Source: Synechococcus sp. (GTDB lineage Bacteria > Cyanobacteriota > Cyanobacteriia > Thermostichales > PCC-7336). From it: a stretch of 36,564 nucleotides of DNA. The translations under genes were made by a program, and so were the position numbers. Location of the stretch: positions 1 to 36,564 of the forward strand of contig JBFRWD010000085.1 of the NCBI GenBank assembly GCA_051439425.1, read 5' to 3'. This document shows, piece by piece, positions 1 through 9,168 of the stretch. Below the pieces are notes generated by a model that saw only the letters and a program-made list of their open reading frames with translations, ran no database searches and had not been told where the DNA came from. Within the stretch, counting starts at the first letter, position 1. Each line of letters starts with the position of its first letter.

Positions 1-128
1 AATTCGACGGTGTCCAAGCTGTCGGCTCCGAGGTCGTTTTGGAAGTGGGACTCAGCTTTGACGGTGTCAGACTCGACTCCCAACTGATCGACGACAATCG
101 TGCGAACCCGCTCTAACGTATCTGACAT
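1..128 (-). CDS. acpP: Acyl carrier protein (5' part; runs off the left edge of the window)
   Basis: Not in the ORF track. Manual minus-strand translation from the ATG at 128 gives [42 protein letters not shown], which contains the LGADSLD phosphopantetheine motif. An AAGGA RBS lies upstream. Confidence 0.95.
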   Translation of the reverse strand, partial: MSDTLERVRTIVVDQLGVESDTVKAESHFQNDLGADSLDTVE

Positions 129-283
129 TTCAATTCCTTTAACTTTTGCCTCACTAATTTTATAGGAAAGGGGGCCGCTTTCCAGGGCGGCCGTGAAGAG
201 CCGGCGGGGAACGACTCGGTTTGCATCAGCCCAGTTTCCAGTCCAAAAGGAATTATCAATGCCTGTCCTTCTCCACCCATCAG

Positions 284-3200
284 TCACGGAGTGCTTTTGG
301 GTATGGACTCCACAGCGGAATCTGGAGAAGGTGGCTCAGCATCTTCATTGCGAGCCGTTTGGTTCTGTGCGACAACATCGGCGGAAGGTTGAGAACGATG
401 AGAATCATGTCCATTTGTCTGGTGGCCGTTCCCTTGAGCATCTATAGTTCTAACTGCCTCCACACCTGCTGCCTCCACACCTGCCGTTATCCCAGTAGAC
501 GAAGCAAGGGCTGGCTGCCTTGCACCAAAGATTTTGTCTTCTATTGACCGAATCACGATGTAGAGAACCGGCACGATCGCCAAACTCAGCAATGTCGAGA
601 CCAACATACCGCCAAATACAGCCGTCCCCAGCGATTGGCGACTGCCCGCCCCGGCTCCGGTCGCAATCACTAACGGAAACACTCCGAGAATAAAACTAAA
701 AGCTGTCATCAAAATGGCTCGGAAGCGAGCTTCCGAGGCTTCTACTGCGGCTTGGGCCACGGATAAACCGCGATCGCGCAATTGGTTGGCAAATTCCACA
801 ATCAAAATGGAATTCTTACTGGCCAGTCCGATCAGCATGACCAGACCCACCTGCACGAAAATATCGTTAGTCAGCCCCCGCACCTGCACAAAAGCCAGTG
901 CCCCCAAAATCGCTAGCGGTACCGACAACATAATGATCAGTGGGTCGACTAAACTCTCATATTGAGCAGCCAAGAATAGATAGACGAAGACCAATCCGAG
1001 CAGGAATAAACGAGCGGACTGCCCCCCCGACTCCAATTGTTCGAGAGAAATCCCCGTCCATTCGTAGCCAATACCGGGGGGCAGCAACTGAACGGCCAAC
1101 TGTTGCATGCGGGCGATTGCCTGACCGGTCCCAACCCCAGGCGCAGCATCACCTGACACCTGTACGGAGCGAAACAGATTGTAGTGGTTGATGATTTGCG
1201 GGCCAACCACAGGAGTAATGGTCACCAATCCGTCTAACGAAATCATCTCGTCAGTGGTGCTGGAACGCACGTAGAACTGACCGATATCTTCAGGGTTCGT
1301 GCGGTAGGGCTGGTCCACCTGGACGTAGACACGATAGCTACGATTGAAGCGCTCGAAATCATTGACGTAGTTCCCCCCCAACAGCGTTTGCAACGTGTCA
1401 AAAATATCTCTGGGTTCGATGCCCAACAACCGAGCTTTCTCGCGATCGACATCCACCAATAGTTGAGGGGTGTTGGCTGAAAATGTCGGCGGATTCACCG
1501 AAATATCCGGCTGTTCGTTGCTGGCAAAGAAGAACGATTGGGCAGCTCCAGCCAAGGAATCAAAATCAGTCAGGGTTTTCCCCTGTACCTGCATGTCAAA
1601 TCCACCGCTGGTTCCCAGCCCCTGAATCGCGGGGGGATCGATGGGAATCACCAACCCCTCGCTGATACCGCCCAAAAGACGACCGCGCATCTGGTTGACG
1701 ATCGCCGTTGCCGATTGCCAGGGTTTCGATCGCTCCTGCCAAGATTTGAGAGGGACAAAAATCAAGCCGCTGGTTGGGGAATTGCCACCAAAGCTAACAC
1801 CCCCTACAGACACGACACTATCGACCTCCGGCAGCGATTTGAGCGTCCCAACAGCCTCATCCATAATTTGCTGAGTGTAGTTGAGAGATGTCCCCGGCGG
1901 ACCTTGAACGATATTGATGAAATATCCCTGGTCTTCCGTAGGTAAGAATCCGGTGGGCACCGAGCGATATAGGAATCCGGTAATTGCGATCAGCGCCACA
2001 AAACAAATCACCATGCCTTTGCGAAACCCCACGATCGCATCCAGCAAGTGACGGTAAGTAGCCCGCATGCGCTCGATCGCGTTCGAAGACCACTTGAGGA
2101 TAGGGTTGCGCGCCTCTACCTCTTGGCTGGGGCGACTGATAAGGGCGGCGATCGCCGGCGACAGGGTGAGCGCGTTGAACGTAGACAGCCCCACCGAGAA
2201 CACAATGGTGAGGGCAAATTGACGATAAATCTGGCCGCTGGTGCCAGGGAAAAAGGCCACCGGAATGAAAACCGCGAACAACACCAATGTAGTCGCAATT
2301 ACAGCCCCAAAAATTTCTCGCATCGCCTCCACCGATGCCTGCAGCGGCGCCAATCCCTGCTCAACCTTCGAGCTAATATTTTCCACCACCACGATGGCAT
2401 CATCCACCACCAAACCAGTTGCCAACGTTAAGCCGAACAACGTTAGGGTGTTAATCGAAAATCCCATCACCTGCATGAAGGCAAACGTACCTACGAGGGA
2501 GACAGGAATGGTGAGGGTGGGAATGAGAGTCGATCGCCATTCTTGCAAAAACACAAAAATCACCAATACCACCCAGAAAATCGCCTGGAACAGGGTGAGG
2601 ATAATTTCTCGAATGGACTGATTGACAAACTTGGACGTGTCGTAGGGAATGGCGTATTCCAGCCCCGGTGGAAAATCTTGGGCCAGCTCTGCCATCACCT
2701 CTCGAACCTGTTGGGTAACCGCCAACGTGTTGGCAGAATTCAGCTTGGTAATTCCCAAACCCACTGCGTCAAAGCCATCTACCTGGAATTCTGTGGCGTA
2801 GGACTGCGCTCCCAGCTCCACTCGTCCCACATCCCCAATCGTGACCAACGTACCGTCATCACCAGTTGCCAAGATGATGCGGGCAAACTCGTCCGCCTCT
2901 TGTAACCGCCCCCTAGCCCGTACGTTGAATTGAAATAGTTGTTCCTCCGCCGAAGGGGATTGCCCGACCGAACCGGCGGCCACTTGAATATTCTGATCTT
3001 CAACCGCCGTCACCACATCCTCGGCCGTCAGTCCGCGACTGGCTAACTTCACGGGGTCGAGCCAGATGCGCATGGCGTAGCGGCGATCGCCAAAAATCCG
3101 CACATCGCTCACCCCCGGCACCCGCCGCAACACATCTCGAATGAACAAGTCAGTGTAGTTACTAATGAAGAGGCGATCGTACTCTCCACCCGGCGAAGAT

Positions 3201-3631
3201 AGATTGACGAATTGTACGAAAGCACTATTGCCTGCCTTCGTAACCGTCAAACCCGTTTGCAAGACTTGTTCCGGAAGCTGACTTTCCACCAACTCAATGC
3301 GGGTCTGAACGGCGATCGCAGCTGCATCTAAATTGGCCCCTTGCTGAAACGTGACCAAAATCCGACTGGTACCGTCACTGGAACTGGTGGAGGAAATGTA
3401 GCGCATCCCCTCCACACCATTGATCGCCTGCTCCAAAATATTCGTTACTCCCGACTCCACCACTTCGGCACTGGCACCGCTATAGTTTGATTCGATGGAC
3501 ACGGTGGGTGGAGACACTTCCGGATAATAGTCCACCGGAAGCAACATCAGGCTGACTGCCCCCACCAGCAAAATAATGAAGGAGCAGACGCTGGCTAAAA
3601 CCGGTCGCCGGATGAATGTGTCGGAAAACAT
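284..3631 (-). CDS. RND efflux transporter permease subunit (AcrB/HAE1 family)
   Basis: 1115 aa. FIRRPVLA N-terminus, [13 protein letters not shown] and [14 protein letters not shown] proton-relay motifs, RFRAILMT. Has a low-complexity C-terminal tail. Confidence 0.95.
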   Translation of the reverse strand: MFSDTFIRRPVLASVCSFIILLVGAVSLMLLPVDYYPEVSPPTVSIESNYSGASAEVVESGVTNILEQAINGVEGMRYISSTSSSDGTSRILVTFQQGANLDAAAIAVQTRIELVESQLPEQVLQTGLTVTKAGNSAFVQFVNLSSPGGEYDRLFISNYTDLFIRDVLRRVPGVSDVRIFGDRRYAMRIWLDPVKLASRGLTAEDVVTAVEDQNIQVAAGSVGQSPSAEEQLFQFNVRARGRLQEADEFARIILATGDDGTLVTIGDVGRVELGAQSYATEFQVDGFDAVGLGITKLNSANTLAVTQQVREVMAELAQDFPPGLEYAIPYDTSKFVNQSIREIILTLFQAIFWVVLVIFVFLQEWRSTLIPTLTIPVSLVGTFAFMQVMGFSINTLTLFGLTLATGLVVDDAIVVVENISSKVEQGLAPLQASVEAMREIFGAVIATTLVLFAVFIPVAFFPGTSGQIYRQFALTIVFSVGLSTFNALTLSPAIAALISRPSQEVEARNPILKWSSNAIERMRATYRHLLDAIVGFRKGMVICFVALIAITGFLYRSVPTGFLPTEDQGYFINIVQGPPGTSLNYTQQIMDEAVGTLKSLPEVDSVVSVGGVSFGGNSPTSGLIFVPLKSWQERSKPWQSATAIVNQMRGRLLGGISEGLVIPIDPPAIQGLGTSGGFDMQVQGKTLTDFDSLAGAAQSFFFASNEQPDISVNPPTFSANTPQLLVDVDREKARLLGIEPRDIFDTLQTLLGGNYVNDFERFNRSYRVYVQVDQPYRTNPEDIGQFYVRSSTTDEMISLDGLVTITPVVGPQIINHYNLFRSVQVSGDAAPGVGTGQAIARMQQLAVQLLPPGIGYEWTGISLEQLESGGQSARLFLLGLVFVYLFLAAQYESLVDPLIIMLSVPLAILGALAFVQVRGLTNDIFVQVGLVMLIGLASKNSILIVEFANQLRDRGLSVAQAAVEASEARFRAILMTAFSFILGVFPLVIATGAGAGSRQSLGTAVFGGMLVSTLLSLAIVPVLYIVIRSIEDKIFGARQPALASSTGITAGVEAAGVEAVRTIDAQGNGHQTNGHDSHRSQPSADVVAQNQTARNEDAEPPSPDSAVESIPKSTP
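454..483. repeat. 15-bp in-frame tandem duplication in the RND tail
   Basis: CTGCCTCCACACCTG at 454-468 and 469-483, giving the [10 protein letters not shown] repeat in the protein. Confidence 0.85.
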
Positions 3632-3693
3632 GCGTCGGCAATCCTCGCAGGTTTGGATGGCGAAATCTCGGGACTAATCAATCTCGAGACTCA

Positions 3694-5004
3694 TTAGGTT
3701 GATGGGGGGTCAGACTCGGGAGGGTCACCTTCGGGCAAATCGGCGTTCGGGGCTTCCTCGGGAGAAGTATCGGGGGGGGCATTATCTTCTGGGGCGATCG
3801 GAGCCGTGTTGAAAATTTTCTGAGTGCCTGTGACAACAATTTGCTCGTTACCTGTCAGACCCGACAGCACCTCGTACGAGTTGTCTTGCAACCGCCCTAG
3901 CTGAACAGGGGTTTGAATGGCAAGATATCCTCCAGTATTTTCATCTGGCTGGGCAACAAACACAAAATTTTGTCCCCCCAAGTTCGTCACGGCGGTTACA
4001 GGTACCACGATGTTGGGTTGCTCGTTCCAAATAACGCGAGCCCGCACAAATTGCTCGGAGCGCAAGGTGCCCGTGTTTTCGAAGGCGGCCTTGATCAAAA
4101 TAGTTTGGGTCGCCAGGTTTGCATCGGGTGAAATAAACGATATCTCGCTGGCACCAATCGTAGATCCTCGACTGTCAATCAATTCAATCGGCGTTCCGAT
4201 CGCCACCTCAGCCAGCCGATCGAGTGGAATGTTGAGGAAGATCTCTAACGATTCGCTTTGGCTAATGGTGGTGAGTACCGTTTCGGGAGTGACGTAATCT
4301 CCCACTTTGACGTTGACATTTCCCACCACTCCAGCAAATGGAGCTGTCAATCGGAAATTCCCCAAGACGATCTGTTGTTCGGTGGCATCCGCCCGAGCTT
4401 CCTCTAAATCTCGCTCGGCCTCTGAGACATCAGCTTGTTCGGCTCGAATCGTCTCGACTTGCGTGCGAACCGCCGCTTCTGCCTGACGCAGATTGCGAAT
4501 ACTCTCGTTGAGTTCGTCTTGGGAAATTGCACCATCTGCGGCCAGCCGTTCGTTGCTGGCCAATCGACTTTCAGCTAATTCCACATCCGCTCGCAGTTCT
4601 TCGAGCCGTGCCCGACTGGCTTCCGCTGTGGCGCGAGCACCATCTAAAGCAGCTTGGGCAGAGGCAAGCGCGGCACTGCGACTATCGAAAGTGGCTTGTT
4701 GACGCGCGGGGTTGATTTGCAGAATGGGATCTTCGGATGAGACGCGGTCACCAAGTGCAACATAGATTTCGCTGACGCGACCGCTCACCTGAGGTCTCAG
4801 GGCCGTAAAGTCACGGGCATTCAAGTTGGCAATAAAGATAGAGCTGTTACGAACGGTTGCGGTTTCGACATCAGCCACCTGTACGGCAGTCGGTGGAGGA
4901 CCACCCGGTTGGGGAGGCCCTCCACACGCACTAAGAATCAGCAGGCCCACTATCACCGGAAGGCTGTGCCAGCACCTATTCTGATGTCCATTCACAAGCG
5001 CCAA
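3694..5004 (-). CDS. RND efflux periplasmic adaptor (membrane fusion protein), lipoprotein
   Basis: Lipobox LILSAC, lipoyl-like LRPQVSGRV and APFAGVVG..VKVGDYV halves flanking a coiled-coil hairpin. Lies directly upstream of the RND permease. Start may be the TTG at 5004 or the GTG at 4995. Confidence 0.93.
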   Translation of the reverse strand: MALVNGHQNRCWHSLPVIVGLLILSACGGPPQPGGPPPTAVQVADVETATVRNSSIFIANLNARDFTALRPQVSGRVSEIYVALGDRVSSEDPILQINPARQQATFDSRSAALASAQAALDGARATAEASRARLEELRADVELAESRLASNERLAADGAISQDELNESIRNLRQAEAAVRTQVETIRAEQADVSEAERDLEEARADATEQQIVLGNFRLTAPFAGVVGNVNVKVGDYVTPETVLTTISQSESLEIFLNIPLDRLAEVAIGTPIELIDSRGSTIGASEISFISPDANLATQTILIKAAFENTGTLRSEQFVRARVIWNEQPNIVVPVTAVTNLGGQNFVFVAQPDENTGGYLAIQTPVQLGRLQDNSYEVLSGLTGNEQIVVTGTQKIFNTAPIAPEDNAPPDTSPEEAPNADLPEGDPPESDPPST

Positions 5005-5069
5005 CCTCTATACCGTTGCAGGTTTTCTGACCCTGCCGTAGACCCGCTGACAAACTATCCCGGAACTAT

Positions 5070-5108
5070 AGCTCCCGACTTCAGCTCCCGACTTCAGCTC
5101 CCGACTTC
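5070..5108. repeat. 13-bp perfect tandem repeat, three copies, overlapping the ndhO stop codon
   Basis: AGCTCCCGACTTC at 5070-5082, 5083-5095 and 5096-5108. Confidence 0.95.
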
Positions 5109-5315
5109 CTCAAGCTGATCCAATCGAAGCCAGACTGCCGGGGTGGGTACAGACCCAAATTTCACTTGGGCGTACTCGTCTTTTACATCCAGTACCTCTC
5201 CATCTGTCGTGTAGATGTACGTGGGCATAAACGGATCGCTGGCCTGGGACTCTACACTGTTTTCCATCTGCTGGGGAATCGCGCGAACCATCGCGCCACG
5301 CTTGATTGCTGGCAT
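5094..5315 (-). CDS. ndhO: NAD(P)H-quinone oxidoreductase (NDH-1) subunit O
   Basis: 73 aa, IKRGAMVRA...[10 protein letters not shown]...[31 protein letters not shown], matching the cyanobacterial NdhO pattern. Confidence 0.9.
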   Translation of the reverse strand: MPAIKRGAMVRAIPQQMENSVESQASDPFMPTYIYTTDGEVLDVKDEYAQVKFGSVPTPAVWLRLDQLEEVGS

Positions 5316-5488
5316 TTCTATGAAGAGGTCTTACCGTCCCCCTCATCCTACGTGATGTTTCGGCACCTCGAAACTCAAAACTAGCGCCCTGACAACGAGC
5401 CTTAAAGCAGCGGAAGCTCGCTCCAAGCTTCTTACAAGATGGCTGCAAATCAGCAGTGTTTCTGAAAGTAAACCAGACCAATCACTAG

Positions 5489-7016
5489 TTAGACCAGAAT
5501 AATTTTGTAGCAGGTTCAAATTGACTCTCCATCCCTCAAGTCGATTTGAAGTGGAAGTTGTGTTGGAGAACTTAATAATGGCCACGGAAGAATTGACGTG
5601 TTTTCTCATAGCACCTTTTGGTGACAAGAAGATCGAGGCCGAAGGTGCGGTTGGGACATTTGAATTATTGCGTTCCGCCCTCAAGGAAATCATAGAGTCA
5701 TATCCTGACATCCCAATCAAATTCAAGCGAGCTGATGAGATTGTCGACGTTGGGGCGATTGGTGAAACATTCATTCCCGCCCTGCTCAAGGCGGATATCG
5801 TAGTCGCTGATTTGAGTCTTACGATGAATGCAAACGTGTTTTATGAATTAGGCATTCGATATTCACTTCGAGCCCGAGGCACCATTCCAATTTGGCAGCG
5901 CGGAACAAAGCTTCCCGCTGACCTTCAGGGCATCTTGGGAGTAGAGTACGAACCCACAAATCCAAAAGCAAACTCTGCTGTTTTTCATCAGTTCATCAGA
6001 CAAAGGCTTGCAAGTCAGCATTCTGACAGTCCCGTTTATAAAACGATACCCTCACTTGCTGTTGTTGAGGCCGATGAAATAAATAGGTTGCAACACCGAG
6101 TCTCAGAACTAGAAGAAAAACTCAAACGCACACGAATTAATGATGTGGTCAACACTTTGTGGAACGAAGCCAAGGTTCTCCTTACGAGAGATGCGCCAAC
6201 TGCTGCCCTTGAAAAGCTAAAAATTGCTTTCAATGACGCACCCGACAACATTGAGCTTTGCCTTGATTACGGAAAGTTGCTTAGTAAGCAAAATCGACAT
6301 GAAGAGGCTGTTCGTATTCTTACAAAAACAGTGGATTTAGCATCTGAATCAGGCGGACCTCGCTCTGTCCTGCACCGTGAACTCGGCATGGCATACAGTA
6401 GATGGAAGAAACCAAGGCTTGCTGTAGATTGGCTGGAGAAGGCTGTTGCTGATGACCCATCGGATGCAGATACCCACGGAATAATTGGCGGTGTATATAA
6501 GCAAGAGCTTGAAATCGAGAAGGCGATCGAGGCCTATGAGCGAGGTTTTGACGCTGACGAAACTTCCACTTATTGCCTGCTGAATATCATTGCTCTTCGG
6601 ATGATTCGTAATGAAACCGGTGATCGACTGCGGGTGAAACGATATCTAAAACAAGCCGATCAATTAACACAGGCGAGTATTACAACGTACGGCTCGGATT
6701 ATTGGGACGCCTACGATCGGGGGCACTACCTCTTGTTCGCCGGAAAGTTAAACGAGGCGATAGATGCTTTCAATGAGGCTCTGTCGGCCACTAAGACAAG
6801 CGGTGAACTCGATAGCGCCAGTAAGAACTTGCTATTACTTCAGGAGTTCGATGTAGACGTGAAGGGCCTGGATACAGTGCTAGATATGATCCACGGCCGA
6901 AGCGCTACGCTAAACAAATAAAAAGAATTGTTGGTCTAACAATCCTTTGCATACAGAATAGGCCGCGCGTGCTAGAGGAGATCAATATCATTCGCTGCGG
7001 CTAGTGTAAGCGCGAG
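5489..7016 (+). mobile_element. Putative solitary integron gene cassette (single ORF plus attC; no integron integrase in the window)
   Basis: G^TTAGAC core at 5488-5494 before the ORF. Inverse core GTCTAAC at 6934-6940, 12 bp after the stop. GTTAGACCA (5488-5496) and TGGTCTAAC (6932-6940) are perfect reverse complements. An imperfect palindrome ends in G^TTAGAA at 7016-7022. Confidence 0.7.
5578..6921 (+). CDS. Nucleoside 2-deoxyribosyltransferase/DRHyd-like domain + coiled coil + TPR repeats (ASK/MAP3K TRAF-binding-like) protein
   Basis: N-terminal motifs CFLIAPFG, KRADE, ADIVVADLS, NANVFYELG and DSPVY. Coiled coil EINRLQHRVSELEEKL. TPR-type repeats (THGIIGGVYKQ, AIEAYERGF, DYWDAY). The ATG at 5578 is preferred over the ORF-track TTG at 5521. 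Confidence 0.8.
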   Translation: MATEELTCFLIAPFGDKKIEAEGAVGTFELLRSALKEIIESYPDIPIKFKRADEIVDVGAIGETFIPALLKADIVVADLSLTMNANVFYELGIRYSLRARGTIPIWQRGTKLPADLQGILGVEYEPTNPKANSAVFHQFIRQRLASQHSDSPVYKTIPSLAVVEADEINRLQHRVSELEEKLKRTRINDVVNTLWNEAKVLLTRDAPTAALEKLKIAFNDAPDNIELCLDYGKLLSKQNRHEEAVRILTKTVDLASESGGPRSVLHRELGMAYSRWKKPRLAVDWLEKAVADDPSDADTHGIIGGVYKQELEIEKAIEAYERGFDADETSTYCLLNIIALRMIRNETGDRLRVKRYLKQADQLTQASITTYGSDYWDAYDRGHYLLFAGKLNEAIDAFNEALSATKTSGELDSASKNLLLLQEFDVDVKGLDTVLDMIHGRSATLNK

Positions 7017-7022
7017 TTAGAA
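6934..7022 (+). other. attC-like recombination site (89 bp)
   Basis: R'' GTCTAAC, 5-nt spacer, L''-like TTTGCATAC, inner arm GCCGCGCG pairing with CGCTGCGGC, L'-like GTGTAAG, 5-nt spacer, R' GTTAGAA. The L-box pairing is imperfect. Confidence 0.7.
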
Positions 7023-8927
7023 GGAGGAAAACAAGTGCCTTTTATTAGTAGGAACGGGATCGGGCAGTAACCACGCTCGAATCGTACGGGCAGCAGAGCG
7101 CTGCACCCACCGAGAGACAATTTGCCGGCCCAGGTCGCGAGCCTCCGGTTTGAGGGCGGCTTTACCGATGGTGGGCAGAAACTTTAGCGGATCGAAATTG
7201 GGGTCTTTCTGTAGCATGTCCCACAACCGCTGCAAATTCTGAATACCGTCTTCGCTACCGCTAGAGGAGAACAGCACTCCCGCAATGCGTTCGCGAAGGA
7301 ACTCTCCCCGTTCGGACAGGATGAAATCCAAAGCGCGATCGGCCGCTGCTTCTAAGTCGTAATCTTCACTGCTACTGGCATTACGCAGTAGGTTCTCCAA
7401 GCGATTCCAGCGAAACTCACCATCCCGGAATAGAACATCTTGCAGGGATTTTCGCAAGGCTGGAGCATCGTCGCTGAGCAAGCGGTTGGCAATATAAGGG
7501 TAAGCAACACTGAGAACCTTAAAGTTCGGGTCGATACCGATCGCAATACCTTCTAGAGTGAGCAGAGATCGAATAATTAGTGCGTAATAGGCCGGAACCC
7601 GGAAGGGGTACTCGTACATCACCGACGACAATTGGTCGGTAATACTCTTGAAGTTCAACTCGCTAACACTAGCTCCCATCGCACTGGCAAATACTTCCCC
7701 TAGAGCCGGAATGATAGGAGACAGATCGGTCTCGGGTGTAAGGAAACCCAATTCAACATAATCGTGGGCCAATCCACTGAAATCTCGATTCACCAAGTGG
7801 ACGATCGCATTAATCAACCCATACCGCTGATGCGGCTTCACGCTACTCATCATGCCGAAGTCTAAATAGGCCAAACGACCATCAGCCATCGCCAGTAAGT
7901 TGCCAGGGTGTGGGTCAGCATGGAAGAATCCATTCTCCAACAGCTGTCGCAGGGAACAATTCACACCAATCTCGATCAGCTCGCGTCCATTCAATCCTTG
8001 AGCTTCGATCTTGTCTAGCTCGGTTAGCTTAATCCCATCAATCCACTCCATCGTCATCACTTTGCAACGTGTGTAATTCCAGTGGATGCGAGGAGTATGA
8101 ATGGCAGGGTGGGCATAAAGACGACGGAATTTTTCAGCGTTCCGCCCCTCTTTCTGATAGTCCATCTCTTCGTAGAGCTTGCTGGCAAACTCATCGACAA
8201 TGGCCACCAAATCGCTCTTAACCCGAGCAATGTTATTCTTCGCCCAAGCAGCCAGCAGCCTCACGATGTAAATATCAATCGAGATGCGATCGCCGAGATC
8301 GGGACGCTGCACCTTGATAGCCACTGCTTCGCCCGAACTGCGCAAGATCCCTTTGTAGACCTGTCCCAAGCTGGCTGCAGCCACAGGCGTTGGGGTCAAA
8401 TCTTCGTAAAGCTCTTCAGGCTTCGCCCCCAACTGTTCTTCTATCAGTTTGAACGCAATCTCGTTCGAGAACGCAGGTAGCTGATCCTGCAGCTTGGTTA
8501 GCTCTTCCAAAAAGACTGGCGACACCAAGTCGGGCCGAGTGGAAAGTGCTTGACCGATCTTGATATAGGCAGGCCCCAGCTCTGTCAGAATTTCCCGCAG
8601 CCGGACGGCATACGATCGCCGGCGTTTCTCCGACTGCCCGAACACCTTGTCGAACCAGAATCGCGCAACTAACAGCACAAACGGCAGAGCCACAGCCACG
8701 ATTCTGCTGCCGATCGACCAATATTTACCACGATAGCGTTCGGCAATTGTCTCAGGGTTGTACGGTTCTTCCGGCGGTCCATCTAGCCACCGCTCAATAT
8801 CTGCAACCGAATTAAGCCCTGCATAAGTAGTGAAATTTTTGTCAAGAGCATTTCCCCCAGCCCTGCCCGGAAGAGACCGCAGAGATCGGGTATGAGTAGC
8901 TGGAGGAGCAATAGGTGCTGCAGCCAT
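7017..8927 (-). CDS. AarF/ABC1/UbiB family atypical kinase
   Basis: LGPAYIKIGQALSTRPD, AAASLGQVYK, VAIKVQRP, FFHADPHPGN and YLDFGMM motifs. Confidence 0.95.
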   Translation of the reverse strand: MAAAPIAPPATHTRSLRSLPGRAGGNALDKNFTTYAGLNSVADIERWLDGPPEEPYNPETIAERYRGKYWSIGSRIVAVALPFVLLVARFWFDKVFGQSEKRRRSYAVRLREILTELGPAYIKIGQALSTRPDLVSPVFLEELTKLQDQLPAFSNEIAFKLIEEQLGAKPEELYEDLTPTPVAAASLGQVYKGILRSSGEAVAIKVQRPDLGDRISIDIYIVRLLAAWAKNNIARVKSDLVAIVDEFASKLYEEMDYQKEGRNAEKFRRLYAHPAIHTPRIHWNYTRCKVMTMEWIDGIKLTELDKIEAQGLNGRELIEIGVNCSLRQLLENGFFHADPHPGNLLAMADGRLAYLDFGMMSSVKPHQRYGLINAIVHLVNRDFSGLAHDYVELGFLTPETDLSPIIPALGEVFASAMGASVSELNFKSITDQLSSVMYEYPFRVPAYYALIIRSLLTLEGIAIGIDPNFKVLSVAYPYIANRLLSDDAPALRKSLQDVLFRDGEFRWNRLENLLRNASSSEDYDLEAAADRALDFILSERGEFLRERIAGVLFSSSGSEDGIQNLQRLWDMLQKDPNFDPLKFLPTIGKAALKPEARDLGRQIVSRWVQRSAARTIRAWLLPDPVPTNKRHLFSSF

Positions 8928-9168
8928 ATCACGTAGCTCGAATGAGAATGTTTACACATCTTAACGCAGTGGTCGGTGATCGTTGTGAATGTTGCAAGAA
9001 GTTCATCGAAAGGAAAACGTTGGTCTGGGCGGGATCGCTGCTGTCTCAAGAACTCGGCTGTCACGAGAATCGAATCGACTGGAATCTCACTCAGGCAATT
9101 GGGTGGGGCTTCATTGGGTTAGTTTTTGTACATTTGTTGGCAACATCCGAATTCAGAGGATTGGGGAG

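Noticed and set aside
172..192. GC-rich hairpin GGCCGC...GCGGCC between the RND gene and acpP as a riboswitch or leader
   Set aside because: The stem is only 6 bp on the transcribed strand, has no good U-tract, and matches no motif I recognise.
5070..5108. Tandem repeats (here and at 9790 and 12904) as CRISPR arrays
   Set aside because: The units are 7-13 bp, have no spacers, and no cas genes are present.
5380..5494. A second attC upstream of the cassette
   Set aside because: There is no inverse core with arms complementary to the sequence preceding GTTAGAC; only a small internal GCAGC/GCTGC hairpin is present.
5489..7016. Absence of HIP1 in the cassette as evidence of foreign origin
   Set aside because: Native flanking DNA from about 3320 to 8280 also lacks perfect HIP1 sites, so the absence is uninformative.
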